Assembly: GCA_013239625.1 (NCBI GenBank)
Contig: MU053493.1
Span: 1,683,793 to 1,747,792 of the forward strand
DNA from: Lama guanicoe
Taxonomy: Eukaryota
Length of the DNA: 64,000 nucleotides
Reading direction: 5' to 3'
In this document: in pieces, positions 51,843-64,000 of the stretch
Numbering within the stretch: position 1 is the first letter of the stretch
Layout: the number at the start of each line of letters is the position of its first letter
Notes under the pieces: generated by a model
The model's input: the letters and a program-made list of their open reading frames with translations, nothing else
Database searches by the model: none
What the model was told of the DNA's origin: nothing
Translations under genes and position numbers: made by a program

Positions 51843-52057
51843 TAGCTGACCCTTGAGCAACACGGATTTGAACACACATTTTTTCTTAGTGGTAAATACT
51901 TCAGCATTGCTCCATCCCCGCAAGTTGAATCTGTAGGTGCGGAACCGTGGGTCCGGAGGAACCACGTACAGGGAGGGCCAGCTTTAAGTTGTATGTGGAT
52001 TTTCAGCCGTGCAGAGGGTCTGCACCCCTCACCCCCGGCATTGTGCAGGGTCAGCTG
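51843..52057 (+). mobile_element. Tigger2-derived MITE (TcMar-Tigger), inserted in an older L1 relic (about 51530-52420)
   Basis: TIRs tagctgacccttgagcaa / ttgtgcagggtcagctg, with TA target duplications at 51841-51842 and 52058-52059. Confidence 0.85.
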
Positions 52058-53245
52058 TAATTAGATTCAGGTTCCAGGTTGGGGCAGGAATGATCCCTGA
52101 GTGGCGTCGTGCACCTGCCGCTGCATCACACGGGGTCTGGAGGTCACTGCGATGCCGACTCACCCGTGGGCCCACGGCAGTCAGCCTGACCCCTCCGGGG
52201 CACTGCTCCCCTTGTGTGTTGTGTGTTCAGCTGCCAGAAGCGTTTTCATCAGGAGTGAGGATCATCGCGTGGGTGCGTTGTTTTGTTAAGGATTGCTGTT
52301 GGTCATATTCCAGTTCCGTCAGACTTTCCTCCCATCAGCTCTTCAGTACCCTGAGCTGCAGTTTGTATGAGGAAGGTGGTCCAGGTGTTTACTTTTTCCC
52401 TTTACTTATTTAACCAGTATTCAGAATGAATGGGTTTCCTAGAATCCTCCGAGAGTGCCCAAGAAATTGGTTTTTAAATTTTTGCCTGATAGTATTGTTT
52501 AGGACTCTCGGATTTGGGGGAATGTTTTGTCGTTAAAGTCCTCACTGTGTTTGAGGTAAGCAGCGGTGTGGACGGTGTGGAAGGAAGCACGAGGAGTGCG
52601 CGGTGCTGGGGAAGGGGCTTTGGAGCCTGCAGCTTGGGTCTTCTTTTGCCTCCCCCTGAACTTTACCTTTGTGGCCAGCCTGCTTGTGTGTTACGTGTTG
52701 AGAAGCACGTGACAGGGCCTGCCTGGGCCTCCCTCTGTCCAACTGCCTGGTCATGGGAGCAAAGAAAAGGGTGAGCCTGCCTGGAAGTAACTGCATCTAG
52801 TCAGTGTCCTAGAGTCAGCCTGCCTTGGGGGTCTGGGAAACGGAAGATGAAGAGGCTGAGAGGGGAGCTGAGCTTCTTGGTAGATGTCAAGTTTGATCCG
52901 GGTTTGGTTTTGCGTGCCTGGTGCTCCCTCACCCGTAGCCTGTCAGGAGAACAAAGGTGCGTATGTTTTTCAGAAATTACATACATGGTTGAGTAATAGT
53001 CATTCTGGAAAATATTTCAAATGCTTCCTTTGGATTTTCCCCCTGCTATAAATAAAATTTTTGTGGTAATTGACCACATCACGCGTGTTTTAGACTGAGA
53101 TGTCTGGGGTCATCAGTGTCACCCACAGCACCCACCGGATGGCTCCTGAGTAGGGTGTGCATTAATTAAATACGGGGTCTACAGAGCACACTCTTCCTGC
53201 CCAAAGCTCGGGCTCTGATGTTACAATTTGTTTTCTCCTCTCCAG

Positions 53246-53333
53246 CCTTCCAGAATACTTTGTAGTGCCAAGTTCCTTAGCAGACCAGGACCTGAAGATC
53301 TTTTCCCATTCTTTTGTTGGAAGAAGGATGCCA
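53246..53333 (+). CDS. MTMR10: MTMR10 exon 8 (LPEYFVVPSSLADQDLKIFSHSFVGRRMP)
   Basis: ctccag acceptor, gtaagt donor, 88 nt. Confidence 0.95.
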
Positions 53334-53415
53334 GTAAGTGACATCTGTTGGGTTTCATGGATACAGATGTTCACTGCTTCTCCCCGGTTAAGTAAAGACC
53401 CCGCTTCTCTCCTAG

Positions 53416-53504
53416 TTCTGGTGCTGGAGCCACGCTAACGGCAGTGCCCTTGTGCGAATGGCCCTCATCAAAGACGTGCTACAGCAGAGGAAGATCGACC
53501 AGAG
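53416..53504 (+). CDS. MTMR10: MTMR10 exon 9 (FWCWSHANGSALVRMALIKDVLQQRKIDQ-R)
   Basis: cctag acceptor after an 82-nt intron, gtaacc donor, 89 nt. Confidence 0.95.
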
Positions 53505-54099
53505 GTAACCAGGGCCCCTGCAGCTGTCTAACGCAGTGCTGTGAGCTCTGCCAACTGAAGGTAGTTGGAGAGTGCTGCAGTTTTATTAATTAGCACCACA
53601 CATTCTAGCAAGAATTACCACTGTGGAAAGAACGTGAATATATTCAGATTAACGTTTAAGTTACACTACATGTAATCTAATGCTTTGGCTTGTAAGACAC
53701 TTGAGGATCTTACATTGCTGACACAGGGCTGTAATGTTGCTTCTACTGAACTTTCAAAGTGCAGTGATTTCCAGTTGAGACATTTGAGGATCAGTCAGAT
53801 TTTTCCTGTGGTTCAATGTGTCTGTGGTCTGCAGAGTCACAGGAACTAGAATGGTGGTTTTAGTTAGCTCTCACAGACAGGTTTGGCGTCATCTGCTAAA
53901 GTCACTTGTCACCTCCGTGACCTTGAAGCATTAGCCTCTCTCAGGCTTCCTCATACTGGTGGGCACCACTGTTGGTCAGTCTCTCCTGAAAGGCCCCTGG
54001 GCCCCCGGCCCTGCTCCTCTCTGCTTTCCTGTAGCTCCTCTTCCTCACTGTGCTCCATGCACCCCGCCAGCTTGCCCTTCTCTCTCCAGGTGTGACTTA

Positions 54100-54885
54100 G
54101 TGTCCGTCTCAGGCCACTTCCTCCTCCCATTCCACGTTCCCTTCCCAAAGGAGTTCACCTATAGCTGTGGCTTTTGTGGCTGTCATATTTATATTTCCAA
54201 TTTGACGTTTTCCACACGGAGGTCTCAGAGGCCCCTTAAGTTCATGTTTAAAACCAAACTCAAGTACATGGGTACCACACCTCCTTCCAGCCTGCACTCG
54301 GAAACCTGAGAATCATCCTTGGTGCCTTCTCCTTCGCTTCCCTCCCTGTGTCCAGTCCATCATCAAATTCTTTCCCTTTGTTTTTCAGAAATCTGACTCA
54401 TCTTGTCCCACCCAGCACCCCCTGTACCAGTGTGTCGTAGGGGCCCCCATTTCTTCCTCATCCAGTACCACACTCTGTCCCTCTGGGCTCCAGCCACCCT
54501 GGGCTTTTGCTGGCCTTCGGTATCTCCTGACCTTTGGCTGTGCTGCCCCTTTTCCTGGCTGCCTTCTCACTGGTCCACGAGCACTCCTTCCCCCATCACT
54601 TGGTACTCATTCTCTGCATCTCCATTCAGACATCACTTCTCTAAGATGAGCATTCCCTCACGTCCCACATTACATAAGGCCTCAAGTTATGCATTCTCTA
54701 GCACTCTGGGTTTTTCTTCTTTACACTTATTTCAGTTTTTAGTTGATGATGTGTGTTACAGTTTGAGTACTGGCTGTCTTTCTTACAAGTCTGTGAGGAG
54801 AGGGGACTGTCTGTCTTGCACACCGTGGTTCTGCTGTATTCAGCGCCCAGGAAGTACCTGAGTGTTGGTTATTTATTCAGTACTT
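54100..54885 (+). mobile_element. LINE-2 relic
   Basis: cagaggccccttaagttcatgtttaaaaccaaactc...gaaacctgagaatcatccttg...tccagtccatcatcaaattct. Confidence 0.6.
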
Positions 54886-55379
54886 GTGCAGTAGATGAGG
54901 AACAAAGGAAAAGATCTTAGAAAACAGTCCCAGAGAGCCTGAGAAGTCGTGTATCACGGGCTGTGACTGGCACGGCCGGCTCGTCCGTCCCCCTGCAGTG
55001 CCGGAGCGGAGACGGCCGCGCTGGCGAGGTGAATGCCTGCCCATTGACCCCAGGTGACCCTGCAGCTTCCCGCAGTTGGCACGTATTCTCGCCGGCTGAG
55101 AGTCTACCTTAACCACTTCCTATCTTGTCGTGTTCTCACTGACGTGTCTGCCGATGAAGTGCCCAGTTAGGCGTGTGGCTGCTAAAGGGAAGGCGGCAGC
55201 CCTGGTAACTGTAAACTGAACAGCCTGTGGCAGGCAGTTTTCGTTATTTAACTTACTAAGCTAAGAATTACTTGTATTTTCAGCTGTCTGCTCTTCATAA
55301 TTAGGACAGATTCTGTTGTCCAACCTTGTGTCCACCCTTTTTCCCTCAGATATCTCTTAGCCCCACTGGCCTTCCCTAG

Positions 55380-55740
55380 GTTTGTCCAGCAGCCAAGCTG
55401 TGTTCTACCACAGGACCTTTGCACTAGTGGCCCCTCTGCCCAGAACACTTCCCCCGAATCTTTGCACAGCTCCTGATCATTGGGTTTCAGCTCCAGTGTC
55501 ACCATCACAGAGGAGCTTTTTCTGAGCCCTTGACCTGAGCTAGCCGGCGTCCCTCCATGATATCACCCTTGGCGTTCACCACAGCCTGCTGTTTGCTCAT
55601 TACCCTGCCACCAAGAATGCCAGCTCCGTGGAGGCAGAGACCTGGCCAGTCTCGTTCCTCTCTCCATCCCCAGCCCCTGGAGTAGTGCCTGGCTCATAGT
55701 AGGTGTTTAGAAGCTGTGTGTTGAATAAATGAGTGAATAG
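55380..55740 (+). mobile_element. LINE-2 3' end abutting the exon 10 acceptor
   Basis: caggacctttgcactag...tagtgcctggctcatagtaggtg...tgttgaataaatgagtgaa. Confidence 0.75.
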
Positions 55741-55766
55741 TGACTCTGAGATTTTGTCTTTATTAG

Positions 55767-55897
55767 GATTTGTAATGCAATAACTAAAAGTCATCCACAG
55801 AGAAGTGATGTTTACAAATCAGATTTGGATAAGACTCTGCCCAATATCCAAGAAATACAGGCGGCTTTTGTAAAACTCAAGCAGCTGTGTGTTAATG
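55767..55897 (+). CDS. MTMR10: MTMR10 exon 10 (ICNAITKSHPQRSDVYKSDLDKTLPNIQEIQAAFVKLKQLCVN)
   Basis: tattag acceptor, gtaacc donor, 131 nt. Confidence 0.95.
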
Positions 55898-57053
55898 GTA
55901 ACCTCCTTTTTGTTTTATATGTGTGTAAATAATGAATGAGGGATTATGTGAGGCATTGTGTGAGGCATGTCAGGAAGGGCGATATTAGAAATTTAGAAAT
56001 AGATATACTTCAGTAGAGGCTCGTTGAAATATTTGTACAGATTATTGTGTGAGAATGTCAGAAGTTCTTAGAAAGTGTAGGTTAGGCTGCTTTTAGTTTG
56101 GGAGGAAAAGATGAACCAGTTAGATCACTTTCAAATCATGAAAGGTATGGTAGGACACTTCCATGAAAGTGTCTGCTAAGTAGAACACCGTGCTACCCTC
56201 CAGACAAGCTAAGATTTTAATATATTCGGTTATATTTTGAGATACATGTGACATGAACTTCAAACAGAGCCTTGTTATAATCTGTGCAGCCTCAGAGTTC
56301 CAGCGTGTCTGTTTGGGTTGGATGACTCACAAGACAGCCTCTTGGTGTAAAGCGGCCCCTCCTTAAGGTGTGCAGGAGAGAACCCGCCATCACTGCGGGG
56401 CAGAGAGGCAGCCACTGCAGCAAGACTGGAGGGACCGCAGGTGCTGGTCTGGGATAGGAGCTGATAGAAAACACAGTGACTGATTTTCAGCCACCCAGGA
56501 AGTGGAGTGTGGCTGAAGCATGAGGCAAGAGGCACCCTGAGACAAGCCAGGACATGGCTGGGCAGGGCTGTGTGAGCCCTGCCAGGAAGGTGCCCTTTCC
56601 TGCAGCAGTCAGCCACCGAGGCCACGTGCACCAGGCCCTGGGAGGCGGCGCCAGCAGCAGGAAGGGAGAGAGGCTGGGAGGGCAAGGCTGGTGGTGAGGA
56701 AGCTGAGTCCGGAGGGCCAGAGTCAGGGAAGGCTGGGTCAGTAGCTCTTAGGATGTGCAGAGGTTGTCGGACTCTCCAAGATCTCCCCGAAAGAGCCAGA
56801 GATGGGATGGAGGCCTAGAAGATGCTTTGTTTTGTTTTTATAGAATTGTAACGTGTCCTCTTAAATGTTTATATTGTTCAATGAAAATGCATAACATTTT
56901 CTTAAAGCCAACGTTTAAATATTAAAAACTGTGATGTATCACCTAAGTCTGAATTTGATCATGAAAATTAAGCTTAAGAAGCCTAAAAATGTTGTATGTA
57001 TATATATGTGTGTGTGAATATAATTATATATATAGTTATTGTATTAATTACAG

Positions 57054-57123
57054 AACCATTTGAAGAAACTGAAGAGAAATGGCTGTCTTCACTGGAAAAT
57101 ACACGGTGGTTAGAATATGTAAG
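57054..57123 (+). CDS. MTMR10: MTMR10 exon 11 (EPFEETEEKWLSSLENTRWLEYV-R)
   Basis: ttacag acceptor, gtttgt donor, 70 nt; myotubularin WLSSLExTxWL motif. Confidence 0.95.
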
Positions 57124-57149
57124 GTTTGTACAAGTGCTTTCCTTTTTTA

Positions 57150-57535
57150 AAAAACTTTACTTTGAAATAATGGTAGATTCACAGGAGGTACAAAAATATC
57201 ACAGAGAGCCACGTACTCCTCACCCAGCTTTCCCCAGGGGTCACACCTGACATAGCTAGACTCTAGTCATCAAACCCAGGAAGGGGACAGTAGTCCAGTC
57301 TCCACGCCGTATTCAGATCTCCCCACGTTACACAGGCCCTCGTGTGTGTGTTTCTATACAGTTTCCTCCCGTGTACAGATTCACGTCCCCACCACCACAG
57401 CGAGGTGGAGCGCTGCTCCTTCCCGCGGCCCCTCTCACCCGCACCTGACGTCTCCGTCCCCGTCCCTGGACACCACTCATCTCTTCTCCATCTCTGTAGT
57501 TTGGTGATTTCAAGAATGTCATGGAAATCAACACA
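57150..57535 (-). mobile_element. L1MC-like 3' fragment
   Basis: tttgaaataatggtagattcacagga...cacccagctttccccagg...tttcaagaatgtcatggaa. Confidence 0.6.
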
Positions 57536-57749
57536 TTTCTTTTTATAAAAGGTTAATGAATTTCCCTGATATAAAAATCAAAATGTACTCGGTTGATGAA
57601 TCGTATAAATACTGAAGAAGTTCAAGAAGGTTACAGAGGATACAAATGTGCATAGTGAAAGATTAGATTTGCTTGATTTCAAGTACTCCAAAAAATTTAT
57701 TTGTGGTGGAAATTTGCTTTTTAACAGTATTTTTCCCTTCTCTTTCCAG

Positions 57750-57820
57750 GGCATTTCTTAAACATTCGGCAGAACTTGTGTACACACTAGAAAGCAAACG
57801 ACTCTCTGTAGTCCTGCAAG
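57750..57820 (+). CDS. MTMR10: MTMR10 exon 12 (AFLKHSAELVYTLESKRLSVVLQ)
   Basis: ttccag acceptor, gtaatt donor, 71 nt. Confidence 0.95.
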
Positions 57821-58729
57821 GTAATTCATTACTGAAAACACTGGTCCCCGTGCCAGCCAGCCTGACTGGTGGCCCACATGCCAGTGATTACGTGCATCTG
57901 GGCCACCTCTTATTTACTCCAGTGCCACCAAGTACACTCCAGATCCCACCTGTCATTAGAGTGAAACAGTGGCTCAGAGACGTCTGGTAGAGGAACAGAA
58001 AGGAGTCAGATTTTCTGTCCTGTATTAAGTCTTCCTTCCTGTATTATGGGAAGGGTGGGTCACAGCCCTTACTGGATTCATATAAAGTATTCATCTTGGC
58101 GGAGCCTCCTCTCCGATCTTGCTGTCTTTCTAATTCATACGAATTTTAGTTTAAATGCCTCTGACTCATGCTGGATTGTGACTCTAAAGACACAGTTAGT
58201 GTCAGGAAATTGAACTGAGTCACCAGTAATGTGAGTTTTGTCTAGTGTTTGGCGGGAATAAATGGCAATATAAAAATCTTTCAGTTAAGCAAAGAATACT
58301 GTGTATTAAATAACTTTACAGCTAATAGAATTTTTAAGCTTTCAGGCAAAATGTAATAAATCATGAGCTACCTGGTTTTATAATATTTTCACCTTACATA
58401 GTTTATGAACGCGCTAAGCGTATTGAAGTATTTTTACCAACTGTCAAATTAACTGACTTTAACAAAGGAGAATGCAAAGATAAACCTTGGGGAAAAGAAA
58501 GACAAGTAAGGCACCATTTCCAGTCATCCTTAACTGATGCTGTCAGCGTGTACTTAACGCACAGAGGCAGGCCAGGCCCAGCAATCCATCAGTCTCTCCT
58601 CTCCCAGCCCCTGGGTGTTCCCATCCTGTTGCAAAACGCTACTTAGCACATTTCATGCGCTTGTTGTAATATAAAATGCCTCAGAAGAGATACCGAGCCT
58701 GCATTTTACTAACACTTTTTTTAAGTAAG

Positions 58730-60985
58730 TGTTTTTTAAACAGTTCATTGAGATATAGTTTACATATTACCAACTTCACCTGTTCTGAATGTGCAGTTCA
58801 ATAACATTTAGGAAGTGGAGTCCCGTTTTAGAAATCTTCCATCACCCCACAAAGATTCCCTGTGTCCCGACCCCTGACACCCACTAATCTGCATTGTCTC
58901 TAGATTTGCTTTTTCTGGCTGTTTCATATAAATGGAATCATGTAGTATGTGGTCTTTCGCCTCTGCTTCTTTCATTTTACATGTTTTCACAGTTCATTCA
59001 GATACATGTATCTGCAGTTTGTGCTTTTTCATTTCTGAGTAAAGGACCAGTGTTTGTAGGTACCACATTTTATTTGTCCATTTCTTTGTTGATGGGAGTT
59101 TGGATGGCTTCCACTTTCTGGCTGTTATGAGCATGCTGCTTTTAACATTCCTGTAAAAGTCTTCGTGGGGACATATGTTTTTATTTATTTTGGGCAGATA
59201 CCTAGAAGTGGGGTTGTTATATGGTAAATTTATGTCCACATTTCCCTTCCCTTCAGCAGTGTGTCAGGTTTGTTTCTCCACATCCTGGCCAGCACCCTCA
59301 CTGTCTGCCTTCAGGATCATAGTCATCTAGGAAGTGTGAAGTGGGAGTTCATCGCAGTCTTTATTTGCATTTCCCTAATGCACTCCATGGGCTTAGTGGC
59401 TGCTGATGAATTGTCTGGGGTGAAATACCAGATCTTTGCCTGTTCTTCAGTTAGGCTGTTTTGTCACTGGGTTCTATGAAGTCTTTACAATTCGAGATGC
59501 AGTTTGTTTATTTCTTTATATAATTTGCAAGTATTTTTTCCTAGTCTGTAGCATGTCTTTTCACTTCCTTGGTGACTTTTGAAGCACAAATTTTTAAATT
59601 CTGAGGAAATCCATTTTTTTCTTTTATAAATCATGTTTTTGGTGTTATATCTAAGAACTGCTTGCCTGATTCAAGGTTATGAAGACTCTCCTGTGTTTTA
59701 TTCTGTAAACGTTTTATAGTTTTAACTCTTACACTTAGGCCTGTGAGTCACTTTGAAGGAATGTTTATGTACGATGTGAGGTGAAGGCGTGTGTTTATCT
59801 TTTCTGCATGCACGTGTATGTGAACTGTCCCAGCACCGTTAGTTGAAAAGACCGTCCTTTCCCTGCTGAGACGCTTTGCCAAAGCTCTGCCGGCAGGCCC
59901 TTCACTTTGGAGTCTCAGTTGTATGCCACTGATCTTTTTGTCTGTCCCTGTGCCGGCACCATGGTATCTTGAGTGCTGTAGCTTTAGAGTACGTCTTGAA
60001 ATTAAGACATGTAAGCACTCCAGCTTTGTTTTCAGAATTGTTTTGGTTATTCTAGGTCCTTTGCATTTCTGTAGAACTTTTTTAGGATCAGCAAAAAAGG
60101 ACCTGCGGGGATTTTGATAGGAATATGTTGAACCCATAGATTGAGGAGAATGCCACCTTAACAGACCTTGAGTCTGCCAGTCCACGAAATGAACACCTCT
60201 CCACCATTTGGGTTTTCTTCCGTGTCATGTCATCAGTGTTTTATAGTGTTTAGTGTACAACTCTTGTCCTTACTGTGCTAAAGCTCTCCGTAAGTATTTG
60301 ATTTTTGACGCTTTTGTGAATACAGTTGTTTTCTTAATTTCATTTTCAGGTTTACTGTGTACTCATTGTTACTGTGTATAGAATTCCTGCCACCTTCCTG
60401 AACTCACTCCTTAGTCCTGGTAGTCATTTTAGAGTTTCCCTGCAGACATGTTACTGCATTTTCCTGTCCAGTCTGCCTTTGGTTTCTTTTCTTGCCTGAT
60501 TTCCCTGTGTAAAGCTCTCGGCTCAGTGTGCAATAGAAGTGAGCAGAGCAAACCTCCTTGTCTTGTTGCCTGTCTTAAGGGGAAAGCATCCAGTCTTTCA
60601 CTAGTAAAAATGATGCTAGTTGTGGTTTTTGTAGATTCCTCTTACCAGGTTGAATTCCCTTCTGTTCCTAGTTCGCTAAGAGTTTTTTTCCAGCATGAAT
60701 GTTGGATTTTCACCACACAGAAGCTTTTTATGCATCTGATGAGATGACAGTGTTATTTTTGTCCTTTATTTTATTATTATGGTGTTTTACTTTAATTGAT
60801 TGGTAGATGTTAAACCAACCTTGCAGTCCTAGGATGAATTCTTGCACTCCTGAGATAATTTGGTTTGCTCATACTTTGTTTATGAGGTTTACATCTAATC
60901 ATAAGGAGGGATATTTATTATTTAATAGCTTTCTTCTGATTTCCTTGACTTTGATATCAGAGTATTACTGACCTCATTAAAAAGG
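58730..60985 (-). mobile_element. Old LINE-1 (ORF2 3' half plus 3' UTR), degenerate
   Basis: Minus-strand ORF remnants such as KCKGPRITKTILK and RTVFSTNGAGT; antisense L1 motifs throughout. Confidence 0.85.
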
Positions 60986-61200
60986 ACACCACCTACAAAA
61001 GATGGGAGCCACCAGAGTCATCATGGGGCGTTGTCAGTAGAAAGATTGCATGATATCGAATATTCTTGACAAAACAGAAATAGAATGGACTCTTGAAAGA
61101 TTTCTACCACATATCATTGAAATGTAAAAAGTGTGAGGGGTGCACTTCTAATTATCTGGAAAATACTTATATATAAAAGGCCATCTCCCAGTGGGAGGTT

Positions 61201-61292
61201 GGGGAGGGTAGAGCTCAGTGGCAGAGCACGTGGTTAACATGCAGGAGGTCCTGGGTTCAATCCTCAGCACCTCCATTAAAAAAAAAAAAAAA
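61201..61292 (+). mobile_element. tRNA-derived SINE (camelid Vic-type)
   Basis: ggggagggtagagctcagtggcagagc...gaggtcctgggttcaatcctcagcacctcc + poly-A; aaaaggccatctccc on both flanks. Confidence 0.88.
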
Positions 61293-61492
61293 GGCCATCT
61301 CCCCATTAAACATAAGTTTAGTTGATCTAAAAGTCTGTATTTTAGAGTTGCTGGGCCTGAATGAAATTTCCTAACATGAATGGTTTTGAAGGCAGCCTAG
61401 AACAAAACACTGAATCACATCCTTTGCCTTTCCTGCCCTTTCTCTCAGCACTTTTTTATGTACTGATCATTTTCTTTCTGTTTTATTGACAG

Positions 61493-61662
61493 AGGAGGAG
61501 GGAAGAGATTTGAGCTGTATTGTAGCTTCTCTCGTTCAAGTGATGCTGGACCCCTATTTTAGGACAATTACTGGATTTCAGAGTCTGATACAGAAGGAGT
61601 GGGTCATGGCAGGATATCAGTTTCTGGACAGATGCAACCATTTAAAGAGATCAGAGAAAGAG
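61493..61662 (+). CDS. MTMR10: MTMR10 exon 13 (EEEGRDLSCIVASLVQVMLDPYFRTITGFQSLIQKEWVMAGYQFLDRCNHLKRSEKE)
   Basis: tgacag acceptor, gtaaca donor, 170 nt; myotubularin LDPYxRTIxGF...KEW motif. Confidence 0.97.
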
Positions 61663-62711
61663 GTAACAAACCCTTAATGCTTAGTGTTAGCCTTTAAATG
61701 TGCACAAGATAAAACTTGTCATGTGAAGAGGTGTTCCGTCCAGAAAGAGATGAGGAGGCTTTTTAAATATTGCATTCAGTACATCGTAGCTTCCTTAGTC
61801 CAAGACTGACAGATGGATTAGAGTCCCAGGTGATGTACTTATGCAGATTATCATAACTATGTAGGTCAGATTCTAAAGTGTTCCCTATTCAGCTCCTCTG
61901 ACTGGAAAACCACTTGAAGAAATGCTGCCTTAATTCTTCTGCAAAGCAGACGACGAGCATGTTAAATATCGTGAAAAATCAGTTTTGGAATTTTATCATC
62001 TTTTCATAAAATAGGAGTGGAAAGTTTGTGGCAGGGGGCACATGTGTGTACCAGCTGTGGGCCTGGTGATGGTCTCTCCTGTCAGGGCGGTCCCGGGGAG
62101 CATGGTTGGACGAGTGGTATCTCGCGTTTACCACAGGCTGTGTCACTGAGGGAACCTCGGCAGCACAGACTTCACTCCTAAATGCGGGGACCCTTGGGGT
62201 GCGCCGGGCGAGATGCAGCAGTGTCCCGAGCCGCTGTCCTGGGGCTCTGCCTGCCTCCTGGAGGCCGGTGCTGGCGGTTTCTGAAACGCCGCGAAGTTTT
62301 CTGGTGCTGAGCCTGCACGGTCAGCCGAAAGCAATTTCAGAAGTTGTTTTTTGCTGTGGGGATTGTTTTGTTTTGTTTTAAATGTCTAAGGAACTGTTTC
62401 CAGGATAGGCTTAAACACGTAGTTTACTGTTCCAGTTCATACAGTGGCACCCGGCCCGCCTGTTTCCCTTGCCCTTTGCGCTGGGCATCCCTGTCAGGCA
62501 GTGCAGGCTGTGATGTGCATCCCGGAGCGCAGCTCTTCGGTCCCACCTGGCTCTGTTTACGTCATTCACCTTCCCTTAGCACTGCTTAGGAGCCAGGGGC
62601 TCTAGTCAGAGCCGTTGTCTTAGTCATCTCTTCCTTAGCATCAGCGCGAAATTTGGAAATCAGTGTGGACGACAGACATTAAGTGATCCTGTTTCCTTGT
62701 GTGTGTGCCAG

Positions 62712-62882
62712 TCGCCCCTGTTCCTGCTGTTCTTGGACGCCACGTGGCAGCTGTTGGAGCAGTGCCCGGCGGCCTTCGAGTTCTCTGAGGCCTACTTAGC
62801 GGTGCTGCACGACAGCACCCGCGTCCCCCTGTTTGGCACCTTCCTGTTCAACTGTCCCCACCAGCGGGTGAAGCAGAGCACG
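62712..62882 (+). CDS. MTMR10: MTMR10 exon 14 (SPLFLLFLDATWQLLEQCPAAFEFSEAYLAVLHDSTRVPLFGTFLFNCPHQRVKQST)
   Basis: gccag acceptor, gtaagt donor, 171 nt; myotubularin P-F--FLD-WQ, FEF and FGTFL motifs. The gene continues beyond the window. Confidence 0.96.
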
Positions 62883-64000
62883 GTAAGTGCGGTGCGGCCG
62901 CGGCCACACGGGCTTTTACAGCTTCACGGCGGTAGAGCCGAGGTACGATTAGCCGTGTGTTTAAACTGTGCACCTGGAAACTGTCTGAGCTACCATTTTA
63001 AGCTGTAATTTCCGAAGGGATCATTTAAAGATGGATCGAAAGCGAGCAACTTGAACTTGTTTCATTTTTATGGGTGAGCATTTCATGTATTTTTCTCTGA
63101 TGTTTATTGTTCATAATAAACCAATTTAAAGATGTAGATGGTTTTAACCACCTTAAATGTGGTGCTGTGATATATATGTCTTGGCATGTGGGCTGCCTGG
63201 ACTGCCCAGCAGTGGGATCCTGTTTGAGGACATTGGTTTCCTGGGTCAGAGTATAGAAGTTGTAGAAAGCAGAGTATTTTTCCTCAAGGGTTCTGTGGAG
63301 AAGGAATTTCAGAGATGAAACAAACGTAGGCCTGATACTAGACCAAAATTCTCCACGGGCGCTGTTTACCACTGCCCTTAGGCCGCGTGGCTGTCACTTA
63401 TGGTGGGACTGTCAGTTTCTAGTCACAGGTTGTTGACCCAGAGGAAGAATCATGACTAAGGAGGGTCTCAAGCCAAACTTGAATGTAGCTTCTGGTTGCC
63501 ACCAGTGGAACCTTCTGGACCACAAGTTCTGTCTCACCTACATCTGAAATGACAGAAGAGACAGCTCTGTGGGCCCCAAGGAGGCCTTGCTAGGAAGGGG
63601 GTGGCCTTCATGGTGAGCCGTAGGGTCCTTGGACCCTGGTCTGGGAAAGCGCAGAGCCTGCCTCCCTCATCTGTAAAGCAGCCCTGCAGCCACAGCAGGG
63701 AGAGCGTTCCCCATGCAGATTACCCTGGAGGGGAGTGGTCCAGGATCGTGGGTGTGAAAGGCAGGATGCTCTGGACGCTTCAGGCAATGATTTTATTCAG
63801 GCTCCTGCATCAGGGAGAACTCCAGAATGAGGAACGTCCAAGAAAAGGAGGGGGCGGGGGTCACAAGGCAGGTGGGGCAGTTCTGACCCCAGGGGAGCCC
63901 GGCGCACAGAGAAACAGTGCTGTCGTCAGGTGCTCTAGATCGGACAGTTGGGAAAGGAAGCTGTCGCAGTATATTCTGTGTTGAGACCAGAGATGGGCTC

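Overview
Mammalian genomic DNA, not prokaryotic. The short tRNA-derived SINEs and L1 3' ends suggest a camelid, which is an inference. The + strand carries the last two coding exons of TRPM1 (97-229 and 17077-18349, separated by a 16.8 kb intron), then a CpG-island promoter and coding exons 1-14 of MTMR10 (24421-62882; the gene continues past the window). All MTMR10 splice sites are GT-AG and the exon phases join in frame. This matches the TRPM1-MTMR10 order of human 15q13.3. The rest is intronic or intergenic and rich in L1, L2, MIR, SINE, LTR and DNA-transposon relics; most ORFs in the supplied track are spurious. The most notable observations are: (1) an apparently full-length but decayed JRK/Tigger (pogo)-like transposase gene on the minus strand of MTMR10 intron 6 (about 46540-48158), still readable from its ATG through HTH, CENP-B-type and DDE motifs; (2) a near-perfect 958-bp tandem duplication (8763-10678) centred on a palindromic microsatellite; (3) nested LTR and L1 insertions with readable target-site duplications. 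I see no evidence of a wholly new biological system. The JRK-like fossil is the best candidate for something undescribed. Repeat family names come from recall of consensus sequences and were not verified by search.
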